A stretch of DNA of 64,000 nt from contig CBDCKW010000005.1 in NCBI GenBank assembly GCA_965218435.1, forward strand, positions 544,001 through 608,000. The letters are read 5' to 3'. The notes beneath the pieces are model-generated. The model was not told where the DNA came from. It did not search any database and worked only from the letters and a program-made list of their open reading frames with translations. Below are positions 39,215-49,517 of the stretch, one piece after another. A program made the position numbers and the translations under genes. Source of the stretch: Truepera sp. (GTDB taxonomy: Bacteria; Deinococcota; Deinococci; Deinococcales; Trueperaceae). Numbering within the stretch: position 1 is the stretch's first letter; each line of letters begins with the position of its first letter.

Positions 39215-40168
39215 ATGTATAGGATGAATCAAGACCTAGAAGAACCTAAACGCCAGAAAATCGACGCCAGTCTTCACGAGCTGACTGCGCGCGTCGCGCA
39301 GGCCATTCCTGAGGACGGGAACATCGAGGCGCTCGAAGGGCTTCGGCTGTTCCGTTCGTCCTCGATCACGGAGCTGTCGCACGGGATCTCTATCCCCGCC
39401 TTATGCCTCGTCGTTCAAGGTCGCAAAGAGGTCACACTTGGCGACGACCTCTACTTCTACGACGCCAACCAATATCTCATTACCGCCGCCGCACTGCCTA
39501 TCGAGAGCCGGTTCACCGAGGCGTCGGCAGAGCGGCCGTGCCTGGGCATCGTCCTTCAACTCGATCCCGCCCTCATCGGCTCGGTCATTGTTGAAATGAT
39601 ACGCCCCGTGCAGCGAGATCGCACCTCAGTAAGAGCCTTTAACGTGAGCCCGTTAGAAGCCGGGCTTTTAGACGCTCTGATAAGGCTTATGGAGCTTTTG
39701 AATTTACCTGCGGATGAGGCCCGCTTTCTCAGGCCGCTCATCGTCCGGGAGATTATCTTCCGACTCCTTAAGGGGGAGCAGGGCGGCTGGCTCCAGCACA
39801 CCACCATCCTGAGCGGCCATAGCCACCGGATTGCCGGGGCCTTAGAACGGCTCCGCAAGGACTTCAACCAACCCCTTCGGATCGAGGACTTCGCCCAGGA
39901 CGTCGGCATGAGCGTTTCCAGCTTTCACCACCACTTCAAGGCCGTCACGGGTATGAGCCCCGTTCAGTTCCAAAAGCGGATACGCCTCCAAGAGGCTAGG
40001 CGGCTCATGCTTTCCGAAAACTTCGACGCTGCCCATGCAGGCTTTCGGGTAGGGTATGACGACACCTCGCACTTCAACCGTGAGTACAAGCGGCACTTCG
40101 GCCAGCCGCCGAGGCGCGACGTGCAGCGGCTGCGGGAGGTCGGCGCGGCGGCAGGCGCTGAGGTGTAG
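39215..40168 (+). CDS. AraC family regulator (YqhC-like, AraC_N domain)
   Basis: LCLVVQGRK..; HTH MSVSSFHHHFK..SPVQFQK.RL..FNREYKRHFG; divergent from the reductase operon. Confidence 0.93.
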   Translation: MYRMNQDLEEPKRQKIDASLHELTARVAQAIPEDGNIEALEGLRLFRSSSITELSHGISIPALCLVVQGRKEVTLGDDLYFYDANQYLITAAALPIESRFTEASAERPCLGIVLQLDPALIGSVIVEMIRPVQRDRTSVRAFNVSPLEAGLLDALIRLMELLNLPADEARFLRPLIVREIIFRLLKGEQGGWLQHTTILSGHSHRIAGALERLRKDFNQPLRIEDFAQDVGMSVSSFHHHFKAVTGMSPVQFQKRIRLQEARRLMLSENFDAAHAGFRVGYDDTSHFNREYKRHFGQPPRRDVQRLREVGAAAGAEV

Positions 40169-40299
40169 ACAAACCGAGCGGCAGCCCCTATTGGGGTTGA
40201 CCTCTATAAAGTGGTAGGAGTGTTTGCTATGCGTGGCTACGGCCCGATAATGGCATAAGCACCAACAGTAAGCGGTCAGGTTTATGGAGTCGTACCCTA

Positions 40300-40689
40300 C
40301 TACTCCCAAAGAAGTGGGACATCGTAGTGACGAAACACGTCGTCCTTGCTCACAAGCGTCAATCCCTCGACGTTCGCTTGAGCGATGAGTAGGCGATCAA
40401 AGGGGTCCTTATGGTAGTCGCCAAGCTTCTCGAGTGCAAGAACATGTTGCAGGGAGACGGAAAGTACGCCTAGACCGTTCTTCTCCCTTTGCTCGCTTAT
40501 CAACGTCGAAAGAGGCGTTCGCAGCTCGAGCTTGCCCAAAGCGGCTTTGATCTGCATCTCCCAAGCGCTGACGACACTCAAGGTAATTTCGTGAGCAGGG
40601 TCTTGTAAGGTCTCAAGAAGTGAGTTGGGGAGTTGTTCGGCGTCGGCATCCCACCATAAGAAGGCGTGCGTATCCAGTAACAGCCTCAC
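40300..40689 (-). CDS. vapC: PIN-domain toxin
   Basis: LLLDTHAFLWW..SAWEM..HKDPFDRLLIAQA..SKD. Confidence 0.93.
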   Translation of the reverse strand: MRLLLDTHAFLWWDADAEQLPNSLLETLQDPAHEITLSVVSAWEMQIKAALGKLELRTPLSTLISEQREKNGLGVLSVSLQHVLALEKLGDYHKDPFDRLLIAQANVEGLTLVSKDDVFRHYDVPLLWE

Positions 40690-40886
40690 TCGCCAAGCCA
40701 GAACTGTTCACCCAGGGGTGCATCGAAGTCATCTTTTATGTGTGCCGACCCACGATGCAGGTTTGGCTGACGAGTTCGGGGTTGCGACACTTTACGCTCG
40801 AAGAGGTAGCTGGCATAGTCGAAGACCTCTTCACGTAACTCGGCGGGAAGTTGGTCGATGAGTGTGTCGAGCGCCTTACGGTCCAT
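40686..40886 (-). CDS. DUF2281-type antitoxin
   Basis: LPAELREEVFDYASYL..G..IKDDFDAPL; 4-nt overlap with vapC. Confidence 0.85.
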   Translation of the reverse strand: MDRKALDTLIDQLPAELREEVFDYASYLFERKVSQPRTRQPNLHRGSAHIKDDFDAPLGEQFWLGE

Positions 40887-40981
40887 AAAGACATGATAAA
40901 CGATGCCTACTCGAAACTCCTCTGGTTATGGTGAGTCCGGGCATCTTTGCAGCTATAGGCGTATGCATCATCTGGATGGGT

Positions 40982-41872
40982 CTACTGCGGGAAATAGCGT
41001 CGGTAGGTCGCCTGCCTCGATTCACCTGAGAGATGGACGTAAAGCTGTGTGGTGGTCGGCGAGGCGTGGCCCAAGATCGACTGTACTGCTGCAATAGGCG
41101 CATCCTGGTTCAGCAGAAGAGTCGCCAGGGTGTGCCGCAGAACATGGGGTGTTACTCGAGTCGCCAAACCGCATCTAGCAGCAACCCGTTTGAAGATACG
41201 CTGCATCTGCGAAATGCTGAGGCGCTGTCGGCTCAAGTTGCCGTTTTCTTGCAGGCGACGACGGTCGGTAACAAAAAGCGCTGAACTCAAATCCTCACGG
41301 TCATTGAGGTATCGCCTGAGCCAAAGCGCCGCCTTCGCACCAAAATAGACCTCTCGCTCCTTATTGCCCTTACCCAGCACAATCGCGCTGCGGCGCGTCC
41401 AGTCCACTTTGTCGTGGTTGAGTCCATGAACCTCTCCGACCCGACAACCGGTGGCAAAGAAAAACTCGATTAAGGCGTGCTCGAGCGGACTCTTGCAGGC
41501 GTCACGTAACAACTCGACCTCCTCGATGGACAGTGCCTTCGGAATGCGGTGAGGAAGCCGAGGCTCTTTGAGCTTTACAGCAGGGTTTCGTAGCAACACC
41601 TCTTCTTCGTGAAGCCACTTGAAGAACACTTTGACGACCCTAACCCTATTCGCCAGACTTGACGTCTTCAAGCGAGTAAAACCGGACAGGTAAGTGCGGA
41701 GGTGCTCGAGCCGAATCTGATCCACAAGCGTATCGCTTCCCAAACGCATAGCGAGGTGCTGGAGTTGTCGGCGGTACGAGTAAAGTGTTCGGGAGCTATA
41801 CCCATCGAGGCGTTTTGCCTCCAGGTAAGAGTGAATGACCGTAGTGAGCATTGGGGCGACAGACTGGTTCAT
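40982..41872 (-). CDS. XerC/D-like tyrosine recombinase/integrase
   Basis: TGCRVGE, GKGNKER, HVLRH, LGH, TTQLY all present; SD GGAGG. Confidence 0.92.
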   Translation of the reverse strand: MNQSVAPMLTTVIHSYLEAKRLDGYSSRTLYSYRRQLQHLAMRLGSDTLVDQIRLEHLRTYLSGFTRLKTSSLANRVRVVKVFFKWLHEEEVLLRNPAVKLKEPRLPHRIPKALSIEEVELLRDACKSPLEHALIEFFFATGCRVGEVHGLNHDKVDWTRRSAIVLGKGNKEREVYFGAKAALWLRRYLNDREDLSSALFVTDRRRLQENGNLSRQRLSISQMQRIFKRVAARCGLATRVTPHVLRHTLATLLLNQDAPIAAVQSILGHASPTTTQLYVHLSGESRQATYRRYFPQ

Positions 41873-42000
41873 AAGAAACCTCCGAACCGTAGCTTGTCCG
41901 GAGGGCGTTCCAAACACACGCAAACCCGTAAGTTTTATAGCAGCGTCGCGCTCGATAACTGCATAACGACCTGCGCTTCACCCGCCGACAGATGTTCTAG

Positions 42001-43386
42001 TCCTTCAGTTGCAGTTAAAGCTTTTAAGCTGAGGCTATGACTAAACTTTCTTTGGATCAGGTGTGCAATTGGGCAGATGAACTTGATGACCTGTACGCCC
42101 GCATTGCCCCGCGCTTCACCCGAGCGGAGCCGCGGCGACGGGCGCGTTCTTATTTGCAAGGGTTACTGAGCCCGATCAAGCGCAAGAACGGCTGGCAGCT
42201 AGCGGAACAAGCCGGTGAAGCGACACCTTACGGTACGCAGCGGCTACTCAACGGCTCACAGTGGGACGCAGAAGAGGTGCGCGATGATCTGCGGGATTAT
42301 GTTGTGGAGCAGCTCGGCTCGGAAGAGGCCGTGCTAGTTGTCGACGAAACCGGCTTTCTGAAAAAGGGCGACCACTCGGTGGGGTCAAACGGCAGTATTC
42401 AGGTACAGCCGGACGCGTCGAGAACTGCCAGGTCGGAGTGTTTCTAGCCTATGCGAGTGAAGCAGGCACAGCGTTCATTGACCGCGAGCTGTTCTTACCC
42501 CGGGAGTGGGCAGATAGCGAGACGCGCCGGACTCAGGGCCAGGTTCCCGAAGACCGAGCGTTTCTGAGTAAACCGCAATTGGCGCAGCGGATGCTCGAGC
42601 GCACTTTCAAGGCGGGTGTGCAAGCGGCGTGGGTTACGGCGGACACGGTGTACTCCTCAGGAAAGATGCGACAGCTTTTAGAGAAACGCCAGCAACCCTA
42701 TATTCTGGCGGTACCTGCCAACTTCATGCTGCGGTTTATTGCTGAGGATGGGCTGCAGCAGCCCCGCATCGCCGAATTGTTCAAGACGCTAGGGTCACAA
42801 GCCTGGCAACGCTTATCGGCAGGCAGTGGTAGTAAGGGAGAACGTCTATACGACTGGGCGTGGCTAAGCTTGCGCAAGTTGAGCACGTCGCGGCCTGAGC
42901 TTGCGCCCCTTATCGAACCGGGATTCGACCGCTGGTTTTTGGCAAGGCGCAGCCTAGACGACCCTGAGGAACTCGCCTATTACGTCGTTTTTGCACCTCA
43001 GCCGACCACGCTTGCCGAGGCCGTTCGCGTCGCCGGTACCAGGTGGGTGATCGAGACCGGCTTTGAGGCTGTGAAAGGGGAAGCTGGACTCGCTGAGTAC
43101 GAGACCCGCTCATGGTCGGGCTGGTATCGCCATATCACCGTGTCACTATTGGCGCACGCATTCCTGAGCGCCATCCGTGCTCAGGAGGCTAAAAAAGGGG
43201 TGACGGAGACGGTAAACTTATCGCGTTGAGCGTGCCGGAAGTGCGGCACTTGCTTTGTCTGCTACTTTGGCATGACAGGCTGAGTCCACACGTTGTTCTA
43301 GCTTGGTCGTACTGGCAACGAAGGCACCAAGCTCATGCGAAACAGGCTCATTGCAGACGGCAAAAACGTCATCTGCAACTGTAGGA
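42001..43386 (+). mobile_element. IS701 family element; transposase frameshifted near 42382
   Basis: TIRs TCCTTCAGTTGCAG and CTGCAACTGTAGGA; CTAG duplicated at 41997-42000 and 43387-43390; [24 protein letters not shown]. Confidence 0.93.
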
Positions 43387-43436
43387 CTAGTAAAAGAGAC
43401 GTGCTGCGTAAGGTCTGCGGAGCTGGAATCAACACG

Positions 43437-44432
43437 CTAAGAATAGTGTGCCTTTATACGCTCCACGGTAAAAGAAACAGTACTTCCTACAAGCTCCCGC
43501 AACTTAGGGTTGTCAGGGCGTCCAAGTATCCAGGCATTGAGCAATAGACGACGCGCCACGAAGAACGTCGAGAGTTGCAACTCCGCACCGGTCGCAAGCG
43601 GGCGGACACGCCGGTAGCCGGTAAAGAACGCTTGGCAGAGCGTCTCAAAGTCGTTACGATGCTCAACCTCGAGGAGCGACACCGCTACGTCGTACAAGAA
43701 ATGTCCCCAGCCACAGTCGTCGAAGTCAATGGCTCTGACGTTACCCTTATGAAACAGATAGTTCTCCTGGTGCAGATCTGCATGGATAAGGTTGAAGTCA
43801 CTGGGGTCTCGCCCTACCGCCGCTATTTCGCTCAACATGCGCTCGTAGGCGTGACGGAGAAAGTCGGCATCTTTCTTTGAACCGAATTGTCTACTTGTCT
43901 CCAAGCTTTCAAGCATCGTTTGGTTGTTAGGGTCTGCATATCTTACGACAGGTCTTGCAAAGTTTTCGGGGAGTGAGCCAGCCTCCGCGTGCTGGTGGAG
44001 TCTGGCCATTAAACTGCCTACTTGGTCAAACGTCGTGGGAGTCAACTGATTGCGGTGCTTAAAGCGTCCCTCAACCCAAGCAAATAGGACACAGCAGCGA
44101 GGGTCCGGGATACGCTCATCTTGGACGACCGTTAAGAGATCGTTGCTACGTGTGTTGACCGGCCCAGGTACAACTAAGCCGGTATCTTTTCTAAGTGCAA
44201 CCAGCCATTGCAGTTCGGAACGGACGAACTTTATGCCTTCCTCTCCAAGCGGTTGATGGACACGCAACGCGTAGCTTCCCTTGTCCGTGTCCACTCTAAA
44301 CACCGTATTCGTCCAGTGATGTAAGAGGGTGATTCGCTTAGGGTTTACAGCGTATTCACGCAGCGCCCTAACAGCAAGCAAACGAAGTCGGCGGGCTTGA
44401 CCTTGTGAGGCCAGATTCTCAAACGGTTTCAT
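43437..44432 (-). CDS. APH / homoserine kinase II-like phosphotransferase
   Basis: IHADLHQENYLF, IDFDDCG. Confidence 0.88.
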   Translation of the reverse strand: MKPFENLASQGQARRLRLLAVRALREYAVNPKRITLLHHWTNTVFRVDTDKGSYALRVHQPLGEEGIKFVRSELQWLVALRKDTGLVVPGPVNTRSNDLLTVVQDERIPDPRCCVLFAWVEGRFKHRNQLTPTTFDQVGSLMARLHQHAEAGSLPENFARPVVRYADPNNQTMLESLETSRQFGSKKDADFLRHAYERMLSEIAAVGRDPSDFNLIHADLHQENYLFHKGNVRAIDFDDCGWGHFLYDVAVSLLEVEHRNDFETLCQAFFTGYRRVRPLATGAELQLSTFFVARRLLLNAWILGRPDNPKLRELVGSTVSFTVERIKAHYS

Positions 44433-44884
44433 GTTGCACCCTCAAAGAAGGCGTACCGACAAGTCAACAACATTTCTTCCCTTTCAGCAGTAGAACAAGA
44501 CGAGCAGCGTAAACTCCGCCGACACACTCGAGACTGCTAGGGGAAAAGCGTTGAAGTTACTTAGCAGTAAAAGCGGAGATGTAAGTCGGTGAAATTTGCG
44601 TTTTGAAAGCAGTTATTCGTTTCATAACACACCTCCTATGGATAATGGAATTCCAGAATTGTACAGCGTTCGGGAAGCATTGGCAAATTACGCAAGTAAC
44701 CGGCCCAACCTCTGCATAAGGTACGGTTTTTCGAAAAACTCCCGACGCTCGAACGTTTTGTATTTCATACTGAATCCATACTGGTAAGACAGAACCGGCG
44801 GTGGCCGATATGACGTATGTAACGTCTAGCCACTGATAAGTCTATACTCGCACTATGGACTCTCGTCCATTGGGCTCAGGCCTC

Positions 44885-44994
44885 ATGCCCATCGGACGCT
44901 TTGCACAGGCGTCCCAGCGCTCACTCAAAACTTTACGGCTCTACAGCGGATAGACGCCTAATATAATCGACCCAGATCTCGGCTACCGCTACCA
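44885..44994 (+). pseudogene. MerR family regulator remnant
   Basis: MPIGRFAQASQRSLKTLRLY*..IDPDLGYRY. Confidence 0.6.
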
Positions 44995-45014
44995 CAATTA
45001 ACAGAAACGCTATT

Positions 45015-46493
45015 CTAACCAATACAGATTAGCTCCAAACTCATCATGCGAGCAAGCTTTCGAAGCTTAGTTGCCTGATGTCCTACTCCAAGAGCACAGT
45101 GGTGTGTTGGTCCTTGAGCGCACCATTCATTCATGAAGGTGGCAGGGTCAAGGCCAAACTTAAGCCTCGTATTGGTATTGCCAATCTGCATCGTTTCACC
45201 TTGAACAGCTTCCCCCTCCGCCACGATCATCTTGAGCTTTCCGTCCGCCGTTTGAGTTATCCCGAGAATAGTGACTGGTCCTAGCTTTACATTGAATTCG
45301 ACCGAGACGCCGAAACCGCGTTTGCCGTGATAAAGGCTTAAACCGCGTAAAACGGGCTTCTCGTCACTGGTAGCGACATGCCCGGGTCCGTCATGCCCCA
45401 TCAGGATAAAATCCTCGCTAAAGTCGAGCGCGTAAAACTCGGTGTACGAACCGCCCGCACCAAGCCGGTCAAGCAGCATCATGGCAACGCAAGTTTTTAA
45501 GTCTCCCTCACCCGCAGCGGGTATTCCGCGCGCAGTGAGAAGAGAGTTGCCCACGATTACCGACGCACCGAGTTCTTCAAAGGCGTTGCCGCCCAACCCC
45601 CGGTAGTAGTAGGTCAAACCTTGCAGATCGAAGTCCGAAACCAGTTTGTCTAAACCGCATGCAACACGGGCACTCCACTTGAGCTCGTCCGAGCTAACCT
45701 CTTGAGAAATCTGGTCGTGCCCCGGCTCGGCGATGTCAAAAACGCGCCTGATTTCAGCCAGCTTTGCCTGTATAGCCTCGTCCGTTGCCTCTTGTACGCG
45801 TACCTGCAGGTCGTCCATCTCTAACACTTCGATGTGGGTACCAAGCTGCGCATGGTGCATGGTGAAGTCTGAATACATATCGAGCATCCCGGGATAAGTG
45901 TGACCCAGAAACCCGATGCGGCTATAGCGAACAGCGCGCGTGACAGACGCAGCACTTACCCAGTTACCAATTTCTGTCCAGGCACGTTCAAAGTAACGGT
46001 TCGCCTGACCTTCAGCAGGCTCGAGCAGTCCTGTCACGACGTTAAAGGGAATCTTACTACGGGCGAAGGCGTTCGAGATTTCCGGCACACAGCAGGCTGC
46101 ACAGTTCGCAAGCCATTCGGCAGTGTCAGTGTTCAAGTAGTTGAGCGCGGGGACGGGCTGCAAGTTAAGCACCAGTACAGGCGCGTTCCGCCGCTGCACA
46201 GCAGGTAAAACTTGCGACGAAGTACTGTACGTACCTACATAACAGACAATGAGGTCGACATTCTCCCGTGTAAAAAAATCGCCTGCTGACTTGGCCTTGG
46301 GCGCGTCGTCTATGAGCCCAGCGGAGACGACCTCTGCTCCCAGCTCCCTCAGCCGTGTCTCGACGGCTTGTTGATAGCCCTCGAGCCTCTCCCTCAACCC
46401 TTCAAACTGGGGCCAGTAAGCTGCGAGGCCGACGCCGAACACACCGACGCGGGGTTTAGGTGACTCAATCCGGTTGAGCGTTGAGTGTGTCAT
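45015..46493 (-). CDS. L-fucose/L-arabinose isomerase family protein
   Basis: GEGDLK, TEFY..MGHDGP, GPTHH motifs. Confidence 0.85.
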   Translation of the reverse strand: MTHSTLNRIESPKPRVGVFGVGLAAYWPQFEGLRERLEGYQQAVETRLRELGAEVVSAGLIDDAPKAKSAGDFFTRENVDLIVCYVGTYSTSSQVLPAVQRRNAPVLVLNLQPVPALNYLNTDTAEWLANCAACCVPEISNAFARSKIPFNVVTGLLEPAEGQANRYFERAWTEIGNWVSAASVTRAVRYSRIGFLGHTYPGMLDMYSDFTMHHAQLGTHIEVLEMDDLQVRVQEATDEAIQAKLAEIRRVFDIAEPGHDQISQEVSSDELKWSARVACGLDKLVSDFDLQGLTYYYRGLGGNAFEELGASVIVGNSLLTARGIPAAGEGDLKTCVAMMLLDRLGAGGSYTEFYALDFSEDFILMGHDGPGHVATSDEKPVLRGLSLYHGKRGFGVSVEFNVKLGPVTILGITQTADGKLKMIVAEGEAVQGETMQIGNTNTRLKFGLDPATFMNEWCAQGPTHHCALGVGHQATKLRKLARMMSLELICIG

Positions 46494-46526
46494 GAGGACT
46501 CCTTAAAAGATGATTAAACGTTGGTT

Positions 46527-47450
46527 TCAGCCTGCGACGACCCGGTTCTCGAGCACCCCGATACCGCTCACTTCGGCGCGCATCACGTCACCGGCTTTTA
46601 GGTACTTGGGCGGGTCGAAACCTAGACCCACGCCGGGCGGCGTGCCGGTAGCGATGATGTCACCGGGCTCGAGAGTAAATAGCCCCGATAGGTAAGCTAA
46701 AATCTCGTTGACAGGGTTGAGCATATCGCCAGCCGGCGCATTTTGCCTCAGCTCACCGTTAACCCAAAGTTTGAGTTGCGCTCCGGCAGGGTCGAAGGCG
46801 TCCGCTGTGACCACCGCTGGGCCTAAGGGCGCGTAGCTGTCGCAAGTTTTACCCGCCACCCACTGCCCGCCGCGCTCGAGCTGCAAGTCCCTCGCGCTGA
46901 TGTCGTTGACGACTGTATAACCGAAAATGTAATCATGCGCGTCCTGAGCTGAAACGTCTTTCATGGTCTGCCCGACGATTACCGCCAGCTCGACCTCGTA
47001 ATCGAGCTTTTGCGTGTGCTTAGATAAGATAACCGGCTCGTTTGGCCCTACGATAGCGGAGGCGTACTTGCTAAAAAAGACGGGCGTTTCGGGCACCGCC
47101 ATCTTGGACTCGTCGGCGTGGGTCTGGTAGTTGAGGCCGATACCGATGAGCTTACCCGGACGCAGCAAGGGGGCGAGCAGCGCTACGTCGTCCTCACGCT
47201 GTGTAAAGTCGCCGCGCTCAGCTGCCCACGCTGCGACCTCTTGCGCGGCGACGCGAGCAACGTCGCCCAACTTGACGACGGTCTCGAGGTCAGAAAAAAA
47301 GGTTTTGGCTTTGAACTCAGCGTCGCCGGAGCGGGTTTCAAAAAGAGCTTTTGCGGCGAGGCGGAGGTCTAGAACGCCGCCGCCTGTCAACACGCCCAAA
47401 CGACTCTCGTAAGCCGGGCTCACCTCGGGTCTAAACGATACGAACTTCAC
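46527..47450 (-). CDS. Fumarylacetoacetate hydrolase family protein
   Basis: IGLNY..H, DYEVEL, NDISARD, GK..D, TGTP. Confidence 0.93.
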   Translation of the reverse strand: MKFVSFRPEVSPAYESRLGVLTGGGVLDLRLAAKALFETRSGDAEFKAKTFFSDLETVVKLGDVARVAAQEVAAWAAERGDFTQREDDVALLAPLLRPGKLIGIGLNYQTHADESKMAVPETPVFFSKYASAIVGPNEPVILSKHTQKLDYEVELAVIVGQTMKDVSAQDAHDYIFGYTVVNDISARDLQLERGGQWVAGKTCDSYAPLGPAVVTADAFDPAGAQLKLWVNGELRQNAPAGDMLNPVNEILAYLSGLFTLEPGDIIATGTPPGVGLGFDPPKYLKAGDVMRAEVSGIGVLENRVVAG

Positions 47451-47488
47451 GGGGTTTCCTTCATAGTGTCTCCTTCATCGGGTCTTTT

Positions 47489-48448
47489 TTACAATGCAAC
47501 CGGGCATCTGAGCGGGTGTCCTTGCAGCGCCCGCGCCGCTTCCTCTGCCGCCAGCTGTTGCAGGCGCGCGATAGCCCTTTCTGAATACCAGGCGATATGC
47601 GGGGTGAGGAGCAGGTCATCACTCTCACGCAGAGGTGAATTTTCAGGTAAAGGTTCTTCTTCAAAAACGTCCAGCGCAGCGGCGCGAATGTCGCCTGACT
47701 GCAGCGCCGCGACCAGCGCGTCCGGGTCGATCAGGCCGCCTCGAGCCGTATTCACCAGCACGGCGGTAGGTTTCATCTGCCCCAGTCTCTGTCGGTTGAT
47801 AAAGTGCCGCGTCTGCTCCGTTAAGGGAATGTGTAAGGTAATTGCGTCTGCTTTGGCAAGAAGCTCGTCTAACTCGGTGAGCGTCACGCCCAGTTCGTCG
47901 GCTTGCGTCTGGGACAAGTAGGGGTCGTAGACGAGAAAGGAGAAGCCGAACGCTTTCAGCCTCGCCACGACCTCGCTGCCGATACGCCCTAACCCAATCA
48001 GCCCGACGGTGGTTTCCTTGAAAGGCAACAGCGGTTTGGCTAGCTCGATACCGTCCCAGCGTCCTGCACGCACCCCCCGGTCAAGTGCGGGGATACGCCG
48101 CAGCAGGGTGAGCAGCAGCGCAGTGGTGTGTTCAGCCACCTCATCCATACAGTAGTCGGGGACATACGCGACCTTGACGCCGACCTCTTTGGCAGCAGCC
48201 AAGTCGATGGTGTCCACCCCGACGCCGTAACGCACGACGGTCGCGCCTTTGCCCAGGTGTTCCAGTACCTTCCGAGTGATGGGTGCAAACTGCGCTAAAA
48301 CGACCTCTGCGTCACCGACTGCCTCGATAACGTCGTTCTCGGTTTTACACTGATAGCCTTCGACCGACCCTCCGACTTTAGACAAGACATTTTGTTCGGG
48401 CTCGAGTGACGGAAAGGTGTAGTCCGTCACGACCACGCGGGCGCTCAC
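47489..48448 (-). CDS. D-2-hydroxyacid dehydrogenase (CtBP-like)
   Basis: GLGRIG, NTARG, DVFEEEP, TPHIAW. Confidence 0.93.
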   Translation of the reverse strand: MSARVVVTDYTFPSLEPEQNVLSKVGGSVEGYQCKTENDVIEAVGDAEVVLAQFAPITRKVLEHLGKGATVVRYGVGVDTIDLAAAKEVGVKVAYVPDYCMDEVAEHTTALLLTLLRRIPALDRGVRAGRWDGIELAKPLLPFKETTVGLIGLGRIGSEVVARLKAFGFSFLVYDPYLSQTQADELGVTLTELDELLAKADAITLHIPLTEQTRHFINRQRLGQMKPTAVLVNTARGGLIDPDALVAALQSGDIRAAALDVFEEEPLPENSPLRESDDLLLTPHIAWYSERAIARLQQLAAEEAARALQGHPLRCPVAL

Positions 48449-49197
48449 GCCGTCACCGCCAAGTCTGCACGTTTGCGAAACGCCTCGTCGCGGAAGCTGA
48501 CCTCTTGTCCGGCAAGGTCGGCGGCCTCGTCGGTAAAGAGCCAGGCGAGGGCGCGGGCGACCTCTGCCGGCTCGGAGAGGGCTTCGCGGCTCAGCTTGCT
48601 CACTTCATTGAGGCCCGAGGCGCGGATTTCGCCCTGCATTTCGGTGTCCACCACGCCCGGACTAAAGCCGTAGACACGGGCGCGGGTCTCGAGCGCCAGC
48701 GAGTTTGTAAGCATCGCCAGACCTGCTTTACCCGTACAGTAGGCGCTCCACCCCTCGAGCGCCCGGTGCGCCGCCCCGGAACTCAGGTTGACGATGACGC
48801 CGCCCTTCATATGCGTCAAGGCCGCGTGACAGACGTTAAACGCACCTACGATATTCACCTGGATATTTTGCGCCCACGCTGCCGGGTCGGTGTCGGCAAA
48901 GGCGGCAATCGGGTGAATCACCCCAGCGTTGTTGATGACCCCAGTGAGACTGCCGAAGCGGTCTAAAGTTTCGTTGATGAGCGCCGTGACCTGTGCATAG
49001 TCGGCGACGTCACAGCCGACAGCGTGTGCCTGCCCGCCTGACCCCGTAATCTCGTCCGCAATAGTTTTGGTGGCTTCCGTACTCCGCGCGGCTAATACGA
49101 CTCGCGCACCCTGCCTTGCCAGCTCCCTGACCGTCGCCGCCCCGATGCCCCGGCTCGAGCCCGTCACGATAATGACGTGATTTTCTAAAGTTGCCAT
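48445..49197 (-). CDS. SDR oxidoreductase
   Basis: TGSSRGIG, NNAG, YCTGK. Confidence 0.92.
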   Translation of the reverse strand: MATLENHVIIVTGSSRGIGAATVRELARQGARVVLAARSTEATKTIADEITGSGGQAHAVGCDVADYAQVTALINETLDRFGSLTGVINNAGVIHPIAAFADTDPAAWAQNIQVNIVGAFNVCHAALTHMKGGVIVNLSSGAAHRALEGWSAYCTGKAGLAMLTNSLALETRARVYGFSPGVVDTEMQGEIRASGLNEVSKLSREALSEPAEVARALAWLFTDEAADLAGQEVSFRDEAFRKRADLAVTA

Positions 49198-49199
49198 CC

Positions 49200-49514
49200 T
49201 CAGTCCATATGCCACTGCAAGGGCAGCAGGTAGGGAAAGTTCGTCGTCGGGTCGGTTTCGACTTTCATCACAGGCGTCATCGACTCGCCCCAACGCGCGT
49301 TGACTTCGCTTTTACCTAGTGCCTCGGTGGTTCCTTCGAGGTCGTCCGTTTCAAAATAACCGAACAACGTCAGGCCATGCCGAAAAATCGAATAGTTGCT
49401 AATGCCCACCTCACGCAGCGCCTCAACCATCTCAGGCCAAATCTCGTCGTGCCGTCTTTTGTACTCTTCTTCGTAACCGGGCCGCACTTCTAACACCCAT
49501 GCATACTGCGCCAT
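49200..49514 (-). CDS. rhaM: L-rhamnose mutarotase family protein
   Basis: EEYKRRHDEIWPEM..NYSIF..LFGY..W. Confidence 0.85.
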   Translation of the reverse strand: MAQYAWVLEVRPGYEEEYKRRHDEIWPEMVEALREVGISNYSIFRHGLTLFGYFETDDLEGTTEALGKSEVNARWGESMTPVMKVETDPTTNFPYLLPLQWHMD

Positions 49515-49517
49515 GTT

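Noticed and set aside
40982..41872. Integron integrase with cassette array
   Set aside because: No IntI-specific insertion was recognised and no attC-like repeats were seen.
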